From a virus (taxonomy: Duplodnaviria > Caudoviricetes), in the IMG/VR virus record IMGVR_UViG_3300027736_000002, positions 1 to 54,919 of that record: a stretch of DNA of 54,919 bases; one strand, written 5' to 3'. Shown in pieces: positions 8,954 to 20,067 of the stretch; within the stretch, counting starts at the first letter, position 1, and each line of letters opens with the position of its first letter. Both the position numbers and the translations under genes were made by a program. The notes under the pieces were generated by a model. That model did not search any database, was not told the DNA's origin, and saw nothing but the letters and a program-made list of their open reading frames with translations.

Positions 8954-9586
8954 ATGGCATATGCGATGACCTATGATAGCCTACTGGTAGATCTGCGCCG
9001 ATATTTGGAGCGCGGGTTTACAGAGGCTAGTGACCAGATTGTTTACGATCAACTGCCGAGGCTGGTAACGCTCGGAGAGCGTAGGATTTCCCGCGAACTA
9101 AAAATTCAGGGTTTTATCAGGGCAGTCACAACCCCGTTGTCTATAGGCGTTGCGGTCTACCTCAAGCCCGACCGCTGGCGTGATACGGTGTCAATGACTG
9201 TGGACGGCATCCCCATTTATGCAAGATCCTACGAATACCTGCGCAACTATTGGCCGGTAGAGGCAACAACCGGCAACCCAGCGTACTATGCTGACTATGA
9301 CTATCAGCACTGGTTAATTACGCCGACACCGGCTGCAGCCAAAACGCTAGAGATTTTGTACTACGAGCAACCTCGGTTTCTTGGTGACGATTTCCAGACC
9401 AATTGGGTCACAGAGTACATCCCAGATGTGCTGCTCTATGCCGCTTTGCTTGAGGCCACGCCTTTCCTTAAAAATGACGAGCGAATTCAGACCTGGCAAG
9501 CCATGTATGACAGAGCAGCGCAAGCGGTCAACGGCGAAGATTTGAAGCGCATTCTTGACCGCTCATCCAACCGGAGTGAAGCATAA
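8954..9586 (+). CDS. Head-tail adaptor / tail tubular-type protein
   Basis: 210 aa; MTYDSL, PTP...EILYY, NWVTEYIPDVLLYAALLEA pattern typical of podophage adaptors. Confidence 0.65.
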   Translation: MAYAMTYDSLLVDLRRYLERGFTEASDQIVYDQLPRLVTLGERRISRELKIQGFIRAVTTPLSIGVAVYLKPDRWRDTVSMTVDGIPIYARSYEYLRNYWPVEATTGNPAYYADYDYQHWLITPTPAAAKTLEILYYEQPRFLGDDFQTNWVTEYIPDVLLYAALLEATPFLKNDERIQTWQAMYDRAAQAVNGEDLKRILDRSSNRSEA

Positions 9587-10788
9587 TGCCCATTTATAAC
9601 GATGTGTTTGGCGGCGCAAACATCTACCCAAGTGAGATCAGCTATAGCTCAGTTGCGCTAAGTGCAGACATCACACTCAGCTGGCCAACTGAGGCGTCAA
9701 CAAGCACAAACCTAGCTACTCGCATCATGGACGTTACCGCCAGTGCTGGCGGGTATTTCATCACACTTCCTGACGCCAAAAAGACCGGCACTGGCCAAAC
9801 TATCCTGTTCAACAACCAGGGGTCTTTTACCTTTGTCGTCAAAGATGCGGCAGGGGTGCAGGTAGTATCAATTGCGTCCGGTACGATCTGGCAAATCTAC
9901 TTAACTAACAACAGCACGGTTGCCGGCAGTTGGGAGACTTTGCAATTTGGGTCTACCACCTCTACAGCAAATGCCTCGGCATTAGCCGGCACTGGTATTG
10001 TGGCCGTTGGGACTGTGTTGTCACAGTCGGTACCAATCACCAACTTCAACTCAAACTATACGGCGGGCGTTACCGACCGCGCCAAAATGTTTGTGTGGAC
10101 AGGCTCTGGTGGTGGAACACTTACACTACCGTCTGCTCCTACGATGGGCGACAACTGGTTCCTCTGCTTCCGCAACGGCGGTGGCGGCTCGGTTGTAGTT
10201 GACCCATCGGGCACGCCTCTTATCAATGGTGCGGCAACCTTGAGTTTTAGTCCAGGTGATTCAGCAATTATTGCTACGGACGGCACAAATTACTTCACAA
10301 TTGGATTTGGTCAGTCTGCAACATTTGCGTTTGATTACACCTCAATTGCGGTTGCAGGGACAGGCAACTACACGCTAACCGGATCAGAATTAAATCGAAT
10401 TGCGTACAATTTTACCGGCGTATTGACCGGGAATCGCGTCATTATTGTTCCTGCAACGGTCCAGCAGTACTGGGTGAGTAACGCCACAAGTGGTGCGTAC
10501 ACACTGACCGTAAAAACATCGGCAGGTACAGGTGTGGCAGTTACAGCCGGTGCTAGAGCCATACTTTATTCTGATGGCACAAATGTGGTTGATGCAAGCA
10601 CCGACACAGTATCGGTTCCGATTTCAATTGCTGATGGCGGCACGGGGGCTACAACCGCCGCAGGTGCTCGCATTAACTTAGGTGCCTCTTCTACCGGCGA
10701 TGCCATCTTCATTGCTGCAACCCAGCAGGCAGCTTGGACAGCCCTAGGAATAGCACCAGCGGGTGTAGTTGTTGGCGGGACATTCTAA
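9586..10788 (+). CDS. Tail structural protein
   Basis: 400 aa of repeated beta-rich units (TLPDA, TLPSA); ADGGTGATTAAGARINLG. Confidence 0.65.
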   Translation: MPIYNDVFGGANIYPSEISYSSVALSADITLSWPTEASTSTNLATRIMDVTASAGGYFITLPDAKKTGTGQTILFNNQGSFTFVVKDAAGVQVVSIASGTIWQIYLTNNSTVAGSWETLQFGSTTSTANASALAGTGIVAVGTVLSQSVPITNFNSNYTAGVTDRAKMFVWTGSGGGTLTLPSAPTMGDNWFLCFRNGGGGSVVVDPSGTPLINGAATLSFSPGDSAIIATDGTNYFTIGFGQSATFAFDYTSIAVAGTGNYTLTGSELNRIAYNFTGVLTGNRVIIVPATVQQYWVSNATSGAYTLTVKTSAGTGVAVTAGARAILYSDGTNVVDASTDTVSVPISIADGGTGATTAAGARINLGASSTGDAIFIAATQQAAWTALGIAPAGVVVGGTF

Positions 10789-12624
10789 ATGCCAGTACCT
10801 ACCGTAGTCTTAAAGTCTGCTCCCGGAATCAAACGGGACGGGACTAAATTTGACGGCGATTTCTACACCGACGGCCAGTGGGTGCGATTTCAGCGCGGGC
10901 TGCCTCGCAAAATTGGTGGTTATAGGTCAATCAACAAATATTTGACCCAAATATCCAGGGGCTTCACCTCGTTCACTCAACAGAGTTTGCAGTACTGTCA
11001 CTCAGGCGGCACAAGCACGCTAGAACGCTTTACGATTGACAGCAGCGGAAATAGTTCAATAATCAGTAGTCGAGCCCCCGTTGCTGTCTTTGCGACGGGC
11101 ACTGTTACTTTGTTGACCGGCGCCGCTGGATCAATAAATACGGTGACGGTCAACGGGGTTACGGTCACTTCAGGTTCTGTTGCCTACAGCACTAGTCTGG
11201 CCGTTACAGCTACGGCTCTTGCTGCAAACATCACGGCTTTCACGTCTTCGCCTAACTATAGTGCTGTAGCTGTTGGCACCACGGTCACAATTACGGCAGC
11301 GACTGCAAGCGCCTCAGTTAATGGGTTTGTGGTAGCCGTAACGCTAACCACACTTACGGCCTCAACTACCAACATGACTGGGGGCAGCGCGGCGTTAGTG
11401 AGTTCGGCGTACAACAAGTGGATGTTCCAGTACATGTACAGCTCATCCACAACCGATAACTCAATCATTGCGCACGTAGCACCCAATGGGCAATGTGTGT
11501 GCAATGACACAGGCGGCCAGATCTTTATCGGCGATGTTTTAACGACGGCAACGCTGACCGAAATTCCGTTGCCCTCAGGTGCTAATGTAACCGGCGGCAT
11601 CGTATCTCTACATCCTTACTTGTTCTACTACGGTACGGCAGGGATTGTGGGCTGGTCTGTGCCAGGAAGCCCCACTGATTTATCAGGCGCAGGCTCAGGT
11701 ATCGCCCGTGTGTGGGGGCAAAAGATTGTCAAGGGTATGCCGCTCAGGGCGGGCTCGGGCTCCGCCCCTGCCGGTTTATTCTGGGCCTATGATGCTGTAA
11801 TCCGCGCAACATTTACCGGCGGGGCCACTATATTTCAATTTGATGTGATAGCTACCGATACATCAATTATGTCCGAGGACTGTGTAGTTGACTATGACGG
11901 CGTGTTCTTTTGGGCCGGTGTTGATCGATTCTTGATGTTCAACGGCGTGGTGCGAGATGTTCCCAACACGCTCAACCAGAACTGGTTCTTCAACAATCTG
12001 AATGACAACCAGCGCAGCAAAGTGTTTGCTTTCAAAATGCCCTACTTTGGCGAGATTTGGTGGTGCTACCCACGGGATGACGCCACGGAATGTACCCATG
12101 CGGTCATCTACAACGTGCGAGAACAAACTTGGTATGACACGGCATTGCCGGAGTCAGGGCGAAGTGCTGGTGGTTTTAACAATGCTTTTGCTGCTCCTTT
12201 GCTTGTAGACGCTGTTTCTGCGTCAAGCGGCTATCGTGTCTGGATTCATGAACAGGGTACAGATGAGATTGACGGCATTACTTCATCGCCAGTTCAATCG
12301 TACTTTGAGACTGCTGACTTGTCGTCATTGGTACAGGGCAACGATGCACGACTTCGGATTACAGTCATTGAACCTGACTTTATTCAGTCTGGACCAATGA
12401 GTGTGCAGGTTACAGGCCGTGCTAACGCTCGTGCTCCGGAGGTGCTTAGTCAGCAGTGGATCTTTGAAGAAACGGCTACGCAATCCTACGAGCAAATCGT
12501 CATGATGAAGGAAATGCGCCGAGAGTTGCGTGTGCGTTTTGAGTCTAATGCCGTAGGTGGTAATTACCAGATGGGCCAAATTATTGGCCATATTGATAGC
12601 GGTGACAGGACGATGTTGGAATGA
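10789..12624 (+). CDS. Tail nozzle / packaged-DNA stabilisation protein-like
   Basis: 611 aa; PGIKRDGT, WVRFQRGLPRKIGG, FGEIWWCYP, beta-propeller-like pattern; position before the ejection genes. Confidence 0.6.
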   Translation: MPVPTVVLKSAPGIKRDGTKFDGDFYTDGQWVRFQRGLPRKIGGYRSINKYLTQISRGFTSFTQQSLQYCHSGGTSTLERFTIDSSGNSSIISSRAPVAVFATGTVTLLTGAAGSINTVTVNGVTVTSGSVAYSTSLAVTATALAANITAFTSSPNYSAVAVGTTVTITAATASASVNGFVVAVTLTTLTASTTNMTGGSAALVSSAYNKWMFQYMYSSSTTDNSIIAHVAPNGQCVCNDTGGQIFIGDVLTTATLTEIPLPSGANVTGGIVSLHPYLFYYGTAGIVGWSVPGSPTDLSGAGSGIARVWGQKIVKGMPLRAGSGSAPAGLFWAYDAVIRATFTGGATIFQFDVIATDTSIMSEDCVVDYDGVFFWAGVDRFLMFNGVVRDVPNTLNQNWFFNNLNDNQRSKVFAFKMPYFGEIWWCYPRDDATECTHAVIYNVREQTWYDTALPESGRSAGGFNNAFAAPLLVDAVSASSGYRVWIHEQGTDEIDGITSSPVQSYFETADLSSLVQGNDARLRITVIEPDFIQSGPMSVQVTGRANARAPEVLSQQWIFEETATQSYEQIVMMKEMRRELRVRFESNAVGGNYQMGQIIGHIDSGDRTMLE

Positions 12625-12851
12625 CAACAATTACACGCCCGTCGTACATGCAGCTCAATGATTGGGCCGACCAGATTGCGCTTGATTTAGATAGTTATGG
12701 TGCCTTTGGTAGGTTGGACAAAGATGGCAACTGGCAAGACTGGGCCATGCAATTTTTGAACAATACCTCACTAGGCCATAATTTTCCAAAGCCATACGAT
12801 TTTACAGATTGGCGTGAGTGGGCAGAACGGTTTTGCCAGGCTTTGTCATAA
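12621..12851 (+). CDS. Hypothetical protein (Trp-rich, 76 aa)
   Basis: ATGA overlap; WQDWA and WREWAERF. Confidence 0.65.
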   Translation: MTTITRPSYMQLNDWADQIALDLDSYGAFGRLDKDGNWQDWAMQFLNNTSLGHNFPKPYDFTDWREWAERFCQALS

Positions 12852-12860
12852 GGCACACAA

Positions 12861-14417
12861 ATGAATAAGCAAGAAATTTTAGAAATAGCCAAAAAAGACC
12901 CGCGATTTGCGCAGGCGATATTGACTGTTGAAAATCAAATGGGTGACACGGACATTGCTCCGGAGCAACTTGCTGAGCTGGTCAAGATGCTCGAGTTCGC
13001 CTTGAACAACCCAAATCAATATCCGCAAATTAGAGACGCAATCATCAAAGATGGATTAGCCCCAGCAGAAGATTTGCCTGAGCAATTTAACCCGGTTGTA
13101 CTAATCTCGGTTTTAGTCTTGTTGTACGGCTTGCAGGAGCGGTCTACTGCGAAAATGGCTAGGGGCGGCTTAGCCTCCGCTGCGCGACAGATGCGCATGG
13201 CCGGTCGCAATGGCGACACGATGCTGGCGCATATCAATCCACGAGAAGCCCAGATGCTTCGTCAAGCCGGTGGCAGTGGGACAATCAACCCAACCACGGG
13301 ATTGCCTGAATATTTTAGTTTTAGCGACTTGTGGAAAGTGGCTTTGCCAATTGCTTTGGACTTCATTGCGCCTGGAATCGGAACTACGCTAGGCACTGCT
13401 TTGGGTGCCTCTGCAGCATGGGCTCCTGCTTTGGGCGGCGCATTGATTGGCGCGGGCACGTCTGCCATAACCGGCGGCAACCCGTTGCAAGGCGCAATCA
13501 TGGGCGGCATGGGCGGCGGTTTAGGCGGCAACCTTGGGCAAATGTTTGCACCGGAGGCAAGCGCGGCCACACAAGGTTTGCTGGGCAGCGGTCTTGCCGG
13601 CGCTTTAGGTGGTATGGCTACAGGTCGTGGGCCGTTAGAAGGTGCCGCCCAAGGAGCTCTTGGCAACTATATCGGGAATGCTGTAGGAACCATGGGCGGT
13701 CCCGGTGCTCTTGGCACAGGCTTAGCTGCAGGTAGTGAGACTTTTAAGAACGCAATGGTTGCCGGTTACGACCCGCAAACAGCTTTGGCCGGGGGTGCAT
13801 TGTCAGGCCTAGCTGCTGGCATGCTCAAACCGTCACAGGCGGCAGTTGATACTATAAGCACAGACGCCAAACCAGCGGGTGTTTCGGCTAAACCCGGATC
13901 TAGTTTTGACAAGATGGGTGCCTTACTACCACTTGCTGGATTGCTATCTGCGCCTGCTGAAGCTCAAACAGCTGTCAAATCCATGTCGCCTGAGCAACAG
14001 GAATATTTTAACCGCCCATCCATTAAATGGGATTGGCCTAGGATGCAGCAAGATGCTGCTAAGTCTAACATGAGCCTAAGTCAGTTCATGGCGCAAAGTT
14101 GGCCACAAATTACATCAGGTACTTACAATATGCCTGTCGTCAAGAAAGCTAGGGGCGGTGCGCTGTCTCAAATTGCATACATGGCTAGGGGGAGCGGCTC
14201 TGGTCGTGACGACATGATTGACGCAAAGTTGAGCGATGGGGAGTATGTGTTTGATGCTGAAACTGTTGCTTTAATTGGCGATGGGTCTAGCAAAATGGGT
14301 GCGCAAAGATTAGATTTGATGCGCCAGCAAATTAGAAAACAGAAGGGCAAAGCATTGGCAAAGGGTAAGTTCTCGCCAGATGCAAAATCGCCATTGTCTT
14401 ATTTGAGAGGCGCATGA
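12861..14417 (+). CDS. Internal virion / DNA ejection protein
   Basis: 518 aa; glycine-zipper middle; GRNGDTMLAHINP...INPTTGLPEY; C-terminal GSGRDDMIDAKLSDGEYV. Confidence 0.65.
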   Translation: MNKQEILEIAKKDPRFAQAILTVENQMGDTDIAPEQLAELVKMLEFALNNPNQYPQIRDAIIKDGLAPAEDLPEQFNPVVLISVLVLLYGLQERSTAKMARGGLASAARQMRMAGRNGDTMLAHINPREAQMLRQAGGSGTINPTTGLPEYFSFSDLWKVALPIALDFIAPGIGTTLGTALGASAAWAPALGGALIGAGTSAITGGNPLQGAIMGGMGGGLGGNLGQMFAPEASAATQGLLGSGLAGALGGMATGRGPLEGAAQGALGNYIGNAVGTMGGPGALGTGLAAGSETFKNAMVAGYDPQTALAGGALSGLAAGMLKPSQAAVDTISTDAKPAGVSAKPGSSFDKMGALLPLAGLLSAPAEAQTAVKSMSPEQQEYFNRPSIKWDWPRMQQDAAKSNMSLSQFMAQSWPQITSGTYNMPVVKKARGGALSQIAYMARGSGSGRDDMIDAKLSDGEYVFDAETVALIGDGSSKMGAQRLDLMRQQIRKQKGKALAKGKFSPDAKSPLSYLRGA

Positions 14418-14418
14418 T

Positions 14419-16164
14419 ATGGGAAGTCTATTTACAGGGTCTCCACAAAGCGCCCCGTCGTATGCAACGTCTACGACTGAAACGCCAAAGTGGATGCAAG
14501 ATGCAATCTACAACCAGATTCAACTGGCGCAAAATCTTGCAAACACGCCGTACCAACCCTACAGTTTGCCTTCTGTTGCTGGACTCTCTCCTCTGCAACA
14601 ACAGGCTTACACAAACATCCAGGCAAACCAGGGCTCGTGGTCGCCACAACTTGCAGCGGCACAAACCGGCATGCAAAACATGGTTGGGTCAAATGCTAGC
14701 TACACAACAGGGCAACCGGGTCTAGCTGCTCAATCCACGTTACTGAATAAATTGCAAGGCAACCTTAACGATCCTTACAACACACTGAATACGGCTGTAA
14801 CAAGTGCCACAGGAATGAATGGGCTTACAAAAGCCCAATCCTACATAGACGATGCTAATAAAAATGCGGTAGCTGCCGGCGCTGTAAATACAACAACTGG
14901 TTTAGGCACCGCGCAAAACAAATATCTGAACGAAACGCTTGCAGGTGATGCGTCAAAATATGGTCAGGCATTATACAAATCTGCAGGTCTTCTAGATGCA
15001 GTTTCGGCAGCTGAACCATATTTAGCAGATGCTGATACTCAAACCGCAGCTGGACTAGCTGAAAAAGCATATACAAAAACTGAGCCTTACTTAACAGAAG
15101 CAAAAAAAGCCTCATACACAGACATTGCTAAATACATGTCTCCTTATCAGACAGGGGTCATGGATGTAATTGCCAAGCAAGGTGCAAGAAACTTGAGTGA
15201 GAACTTGCTACCTGCTGTGTCAGATCAATTTATTCGTGCAGGACAGTTTGGTGGTAACCGCATGGGCGAGTTTGGCTCACGGGCATTGCGCGACACGCAA
15301 GAGTCTGTGCTCAACCAACAGGCACAACTTGCCAACCAGGGCTACGGGCAGGCTCTCGGTGCTTCTCAAGCAGACCTCGCACGGCAAGCGCAATTAGCAG
15401 GCACTGTGGGTAGCATCTATGGTGCAGACCTTTCTCGCTTGTTGCAAGGTGGGGCTCAGTACGGTAACTTGGGGCAAACCGCTGCTCAGATTACTTCTGG
15501 ACAGATGCAAAATCTTACAAATGTAGGCCAAGCGCAAACCGCTGCTGGTCAGGCTCAACAGCAATTTGGGATGGGCGCAGCACAAGCCTCTCAAGCAGCT
15601 CAAGCACAAGATGCTGCACGACAATTACAGGCGGCTGGACAAATCAGCAATATTGGCCAGAATATAGGTGGATTGACTCAAGCTCAGCAACAGTTGGTGC
15701 TTTCTGGTGGCCAGGCTTTGTCCGGTGCTCAGCAGCAAGCCGTCTCGCAGGGACTTAGCGCGGCTGGTCAGTATGGAACGCTTGGCGCAACTGCTGGGCA
15801 GCTGGCCAGCACAGATGCCGCACGACAAATGTCTGCATTGAATCAAATGGCTAGCATGGCACAACAGCGGCAGGGTATGCAGACAGCGGATGCAGCAAGT
15901 CTAGAAGCCGCAGGGGCATCTCAGCAAGCCCAACAGCAGGCTCAACTCAATGCTGCTTATCAACAGTATCAGCAACAGCAGATGTATCCTAAACAGCAAG
16001 CAGATTTTCTCAGCACGCAAATCCGAGGCATGGCACCCATCACGCCACAAACGACAAACACAAGTGGGTCTACAACCACTTTTGCACCGTCACCATTGTC
16101 ACAATTGGCAACCGGACTGTATGCATACAAGGGTCTGAACGCGCTGGGTCAACCAACACAGTAA
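14419..16164 (+). CDS. Internal virion / DNA pilot (ejection) protein
   Basis: 581 aa, Q/A/G-rich helical; VAGLSPLQQQA, YMSPYQ, AGQFGGNR motifs. Confidence 0.65.
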   Translation: MGSLFTGSPQSAPSYATSTTETPKWMQDAIYNQIQLAQNLANTPYQPYSLPSVAGLSPLQQQAYTNIQANQGSWSPQLAAAQTGMQNMVGSNASYTTGQPGLAAQSTLLNKLQGNLNDPYNTLNTAVTSATGMNGLTKAQSYIDDANKNAVAAGAVNTTTGLGTAQNKYLNETLAGDASKYGQALYKSAGLLDAVSAAEPYLADADTQTAAGLAEKAYTKTEPYLTEAKKASYTDIAKYMSPYQTGVMDVIAKQGARNLSENLLPAVSDQFIRAGQFGGNRMGEFGSRALRDTQESVLNQQAQLANQGYGQALGASQADLARQAQLAGTVGSIYGADLSRLLQGGAQYGNLGQTAAQITSGQMQNLTNVGQAQTAAGQAQQQFGMGAAQASQAAQAQDAARQLQAAGQISNIGQNIGGLTQAQQQLVLSGGQALSGAQQQAVSQGLSAAGQYGTLGATAGQLASTDAARQMSALNQMASMAQQRQGMQTADAASLEAAGASQQAQQQAQLNAAYQQYQQQQMYPKQQADFLSTQIRGMAPITPQTTNTSGSTTTFAPSPLSQLATGLYAYKGLNALGQPTQ

Positions 16165-16173
16165 GGTTAAATT

Positions 16174-19100
16174 ATGGGCTATGAACTTGATCGATTGATG
16201 CAGCAGTTTGGTGTTAGTACACCAACTTTGTCCTATTCCGGCATGCCAATGCCAATGAAGCCAGATGATTTATCAACTACTGCTAGCTCAACAGATAAAG
16301 CAAACTATGATGCTTTGCTGGCCAAGTACAACGCGGATATGCCTTTGTACAACTCGAATCAAGCCATGTACAAGACTTATTCGGACGAATACAAGAATCG
16401 TTTGGCTAATACGTCTTTGTACGATGCACCGCAGTATCAAAGAGGAGCCGTGAGCAGCCCAGGCACTGGTAGCGCAATAGACCAATACTCACAGATGTAC
16501 TACGACGTGCTGGGGCGAGCGCCTGACGCCTCTGGCCTTGCGTATTGGAAAGGTAAATTTGGGGATATGATTTCTCCAGAAGAGTACGCTGAGTTTAGGC
16601 AGTCTGCGGCAGGGGAAATAGGTAGCCGACCCGTAAATAATTTGTCTACCACAGGTTTACCAGTTCTACCAGTTCTAACGGGTTTAACGGGTTTAACGGG
16701 TTTAACAGGCACAACAATCACCCCAGCCGCAGCATTGGCTCTAATGTATAGGAGCAGCACTACTGGCGCTTCAACAGCAGATTTTGACAAGTACGGCGGT
16801 TATGATAAAGTCAAAGCCGCTGCTACAGCTGCTGGGTTTAGTGCAACGCCTGAGTGGCAGCGAAGTTATGAGCAAAGTCTTAGAAATACCGGTACGGGTA
16901 CAGGTACTACAGGCTTAACAGGTACAGGTACAACGGTAGGTACAGGTACTACAGCGGGTACTACAACAGGCTTAACGGGCACAACAGGCTTAACGGGCAC
17001 AACAGGCACAACAGGTACAACAGGTACAACAGGCACGACAGGTACGACAGGTACGACAGGTACGACAGGTGCAACAGGTACGACTGGAGTTACAGGCACG
17101 ACAGGCACTACAGCTGCAACAGGTACAACTGGTGTAACGGGCACGACAGGTACAACAGGCACTACAGCTGCAACAGGCACAACAATCACCCCAGCCGCAG
17201 CATTGGCTCTAATGTACAAGTCTAGCATGAGCGGAGCACCAACAGCTGAATTTGATAAACTTGGCGGTTATGCCGCAGTTAAAGCCGCTGCTACAGCCGC
17301 TGGGTTTGACGCAACTCCTGAGTGGCAGCAGAGTTATAGGAAAAGTGTTGGTATGGCCAAAGGCGGCTACATAGACCACTACGCTGATGGCGGCGCAGTT
17401 CGCCACTATGAATATGGTGGGCCTGTTGCTGGAAGTATGGCCGAAGCCCAAGAATTGATCAAAGCCTTGGAGAGTGGAAAATTAACGGGGTACGAGCGCG
17501 AAGAGGCTTTGAGTAAAATTGCAGAAATTTATAGAAAGATTGATCAGGAGCCTTCTCAACTGGCTACTATGTCTAGGTACAGTGCGCCGCAGTTCCAAAG
17601 AAATCAAAGGGCTGTCCTGAATGAGCCTATCTACAACATGCCTACTGCGTTGCGCGTCCTTCAGACTGAGGCAAAGACTAATCCGTATGTTTTGCCATAC
17701 GATGGCGGTAATGGTAGCCCCGCTGGTGGAGAGCGTAGTTCAAACCCTGCCTGGGATGCTATGACATCTGAAGAAAAAGCTGCGTTTTATAGTGCCAATC
17801 CAATGTTTAGTGCAATTACACGAGCTGGTCAAAACATATTGGGGATTACAAGTCTTGGAACTCTGCAAAATTTATTAGTGCCCGATTTTGTGCGAGAACA
17901 ACAAGCTATTGCAAAAGGTACGGAGGCTTATTCAGGCTTTAGAAATTTTGGCAAAGAAAGCACCATTCCAAGTGGCGGTATGATTAGTCCTGGTTTATTT
18001 GATCCATATGCTGGGGATTCTGCTAAAGATACACGCGGTGTAGATTTTAGCGGTGCTGACAGTTCTGGTACGGGGTTTGCAGGCGATGTGTTTGCTTCCG
18101 GCGGCTACGTAGACAGCTACGCCCAAGGTGGTGCGGTTCGCCACTATCAAGCTGGCGGGGATGTTGTGTCAAGTATGGCTGAAGCGGAAAGATTAATTAA
18201 AGCATTGGAAGGTGGGAAATTAACAGAAAATGAGCGTGAAGACGCTATGAGCAGGGTTGCGGAAATTTATAGGAGGCTTGATGAGGAGCCTGCTCAAGCG
18301 GCCCAAATACCATCCGGCATGGATTTAATTGAGCCGATACCGGAGTCAGTACCAGTTATGGTCCAAGAGCCTGAGCAACGCACAATGTCGCAGATCCAGC
18401 AAGGTCTCACCGATACCTCACCGTTAACAGCGTTAAAAGAAGCAGTTGCCAAACCATACCCGGTTGCAGAAGCCGCGCCATTGGTCAGGCCAGTAGACCC
18501 CAGGCTCTTTGGCGAAAGCGATGAAGTTGCTACAGGCCCAGGCTACAGCCCTATGGATCCTAGGCTCTACGGTGAGAGCGATGAGGTTGCAACGGGTCGG
18601 GGTTACAGCCCTATGGACCCTAGACTTTTCGGCGAGACTAATGAGGTTGCTACAGGCCCAGGTTATTCAATGCCTGTGGCAAAACCAAAATTATTAGACT
18701 TAGCAGCAAAATACGCAAAAACCGGGTTTACCCCTACCTTTGCCGCAGGTAGCATTGACCCTGGCCCAGATCGGATGGCTTTGATATCGCAGGCCGCAAT
18801 TGCAAACAAGATTGCTAACCCTATCGTTAACATCCAACCTGAGTATGCTGACGACTCGGCAAGTCGGTTGTCTATGGATAAGCCTCAAGACACCACAATC
18901 CCAATGAGCCCAACTATGGCCATGCTGCAGAAGATGCTGTTGGCCAACCAATCCCAAACTTCACCCTATGCAGATGAGTTGCGTGTTGCTAGGGCTGCGG
19001 CCACAGCACAAACAAAAGCCTTCAACGACATGTTGGAGAAAGCAATCAAAGGCCAAGACGACAACAAGCCGTCAAACGCTGAGATGTACTTCCGTCTTGC

Positions 19101-20067
19101 CGCCGCATTTGGCGCGCCTACAAAAACAGGTAACTTTTTTGAAAGCCTGGCTGAAGTTAACAAGAGCATGGCTGAACAAGCTAAAGAGACTAGGTTGGCA
19201 GGCAAAGCTGGTCAAGCGCTCAGATTGCAACTTGGCTTAGAAGGTGCCAAGGCAGGTATGACTGCAGCTAAAGAAGATGTCACGGCATTGCGAGCATTGA
19301 CCAGCGAAGAGATGAAAGAGAAAGCGGCTTATGGGCGTGATTTGATTAAAGAATATTTCAAATCTGGCGAAGCCCAATCAACCTTTGGCAAGCAAGCACA
19401 AGACGAAGGTTTGATTCCAGGTACCGCTAAGTATCAAGCTCGCGTAGCAGCACTTTCTGATGAAGCACTTAGGAGGATGACAGCCGGGGCCGATGCTGCT
19501 GGTGCCGCTGCTCAAGCAAGTCTAGCAGCTATTGGCAGGGCTGATGAGGCCGCAAGACTTGCTAGGGAAAAGTTTGAAGCGGATCAAGCTACGAGAAAAG
19601 CAAACGCTGCCAAACTATCTGGGCCTGAGTTAAAACTTAAAACTGAGACTGAAGATTTAATTGCAAGTACAGACCAGGCACTTAAAAACTTGCAGCGGGC
19701 CTATGCGCTTAATCCAAATACTTTTGACACATCGGTTATTGACACCGTGCAACGCAAAGCTATGGAGGCTGCAGGCAGTAAAGATCCAAAAGTTCTGGCA
19801 ACTCGTGAACTTGAAAACTTGCTGAGCAAAGGTGCCATTGAGAAATTAAGGGCATCATTTGGCGGCAATCCAACTGAAGGGGAGCGCAAAATTTTGTTGA
19901 GTCTTGAGGGATTGGAAAGCAAGAGCATAGAAGAAAGAAAGCTGATTATGCTTAATGCTTACGATGCTTTAAAGATTACACAAGCTAGGCATAAAGCTAG
20001 ACTCAAAGACATTGTTTCAGGGGTCTATCGTACTACCACTCCATCAATTGCAGGGGAGACTGAATAA
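16174..20067 (+). CDS. Large modular internal virion / ejection protein
   Basis: 1297 aa; DUF4214-like motif, Gly-X-Thr repeats, two duplicated modules, 20-aa tandem repeats, helical C-terminus. Confidence 0.65.
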   Translation: MGYELDRLMQQFGVSTPTLSYSGMPMPMKPDDLSTTASSTDKANYDALLAKYNADMPLYNSNQAMYKTYSDEYKNRLANTSLYDAPQYQRGAVSSPGTGSAIDQYSQMYYDVLGRAPDASGLAYWKGKFGDMISPEEYAEFRQSAAGEIGSRPVNNLSTTGLPVLPVLTGLTGLTGLTGTTITPAAALALMYRSSTTGASTADFDKYGGYDKVKAAATAAGFSATPEWQRSYEQSLRNTGTGTGTTGLTGTGTTVGTGTTAGTTTGLTGTTGLTGTTGTTGTTGTTGTTGTTGTTGTTGATGTTGVTGTTGTTAATGTTGVTGTTGTTGTTAATGTTITPAAALALMYKSSMSGAPTAEFDKLGGYAAVKAAATAAGFDATPEWQQSYRKSVGMAKGGYIDHYADGGAVRHYEYGGPVAGSMAEAQELIKALESGKLTGYEREEALSKIAEIYRKIDQEPSQLATMSRYSAPQFQRNQRAVLNEPIYNMPTALRVLQTEAKTNPYVLPYDGGNGSPAGGERSSNPAWDAMTSEEKAAFYSANPMFSAITRAGQNILGITSLGTLQNLLVPDFVREQQAIAKGTEAYSGFRNFGKESTIPSGGMISPGLFDPYAGDSAKDTRGVDFSGADSSGTGFAGDVFASGGYVDSYAQGGAVRHYQAGGDVVSSMAEAERLIKALEGGKLTENEREDAMSRVAEIYRRLDEEPAQAAQIPSGMDLIEPIPESVPVMVQEPEQRTMSQIQQGLTDTSPLTALKEAVAKPYPVAEAAPLVRPVDPRLFGESDEVATGPGYSPMDPRLYGESDEVATGRGYSPMDPRLFGETNEVATGPGYSMPVAKPKLLDLAAKYAKTGFTPTFAAGSIDPGPDRMALISQAAIANKIANPIVNIQPEYADDSASRLSMDKPQDTTIPMSPTMAMLQKMLLANQSQTSPYADELRVARAAATAQTKAFNDMLEKAIKGQDDNKPSNAEMYFRLAAAFGAPTKTGNFFESLAEVNKSMAEQAKETRLAGKAGQALRLQLGLEGAKAGMTAAKEDVTALRALTSEEMKEKAAYGRDLIKEYFKSGEAQSTFGKQAQDEGLIPGTAKYQARVAALSDEALRRMTAGADAAGAAAQASLAAIGRADEAARLAREKFEADQATRKANAAKLSGPELKLKTETEDLIASTDQALKNLQRAYALNPNTFDTSVIDTVQRKAMEAAGSKDPKVLATRELENLLSKGAIEKLRASFGGNPTEGERKILLSLEGLESKSIEERKLIMLNAYDALKITQARHKARLKDIVSGVYRTTTPSIAGETE
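16888..17185 (+). repeat. Degenerate 9-bp tandem repeat encoding (G-T-T)n
   Basis: ACAGGTACG/ACAGGCACA units. Confidence 0.9.
18496..18669 (+). repeat. Three 60-bp tandem repeats encoding DPRL(F/Y)GE(S/T)(D/N)EVATG(P/R)GYS
   Basis: Units start at 18496, 18556 and 18616. Confidence 0.9.

Noticed and set aside
16866-17228. Minus-strand (VVP)n ORF and other antisense ORFs over the tail, ejection and portal genes
   Set aside because: They are shadows of low-complexity or codon-biased sense genes, with no RBS or recognisable motifs
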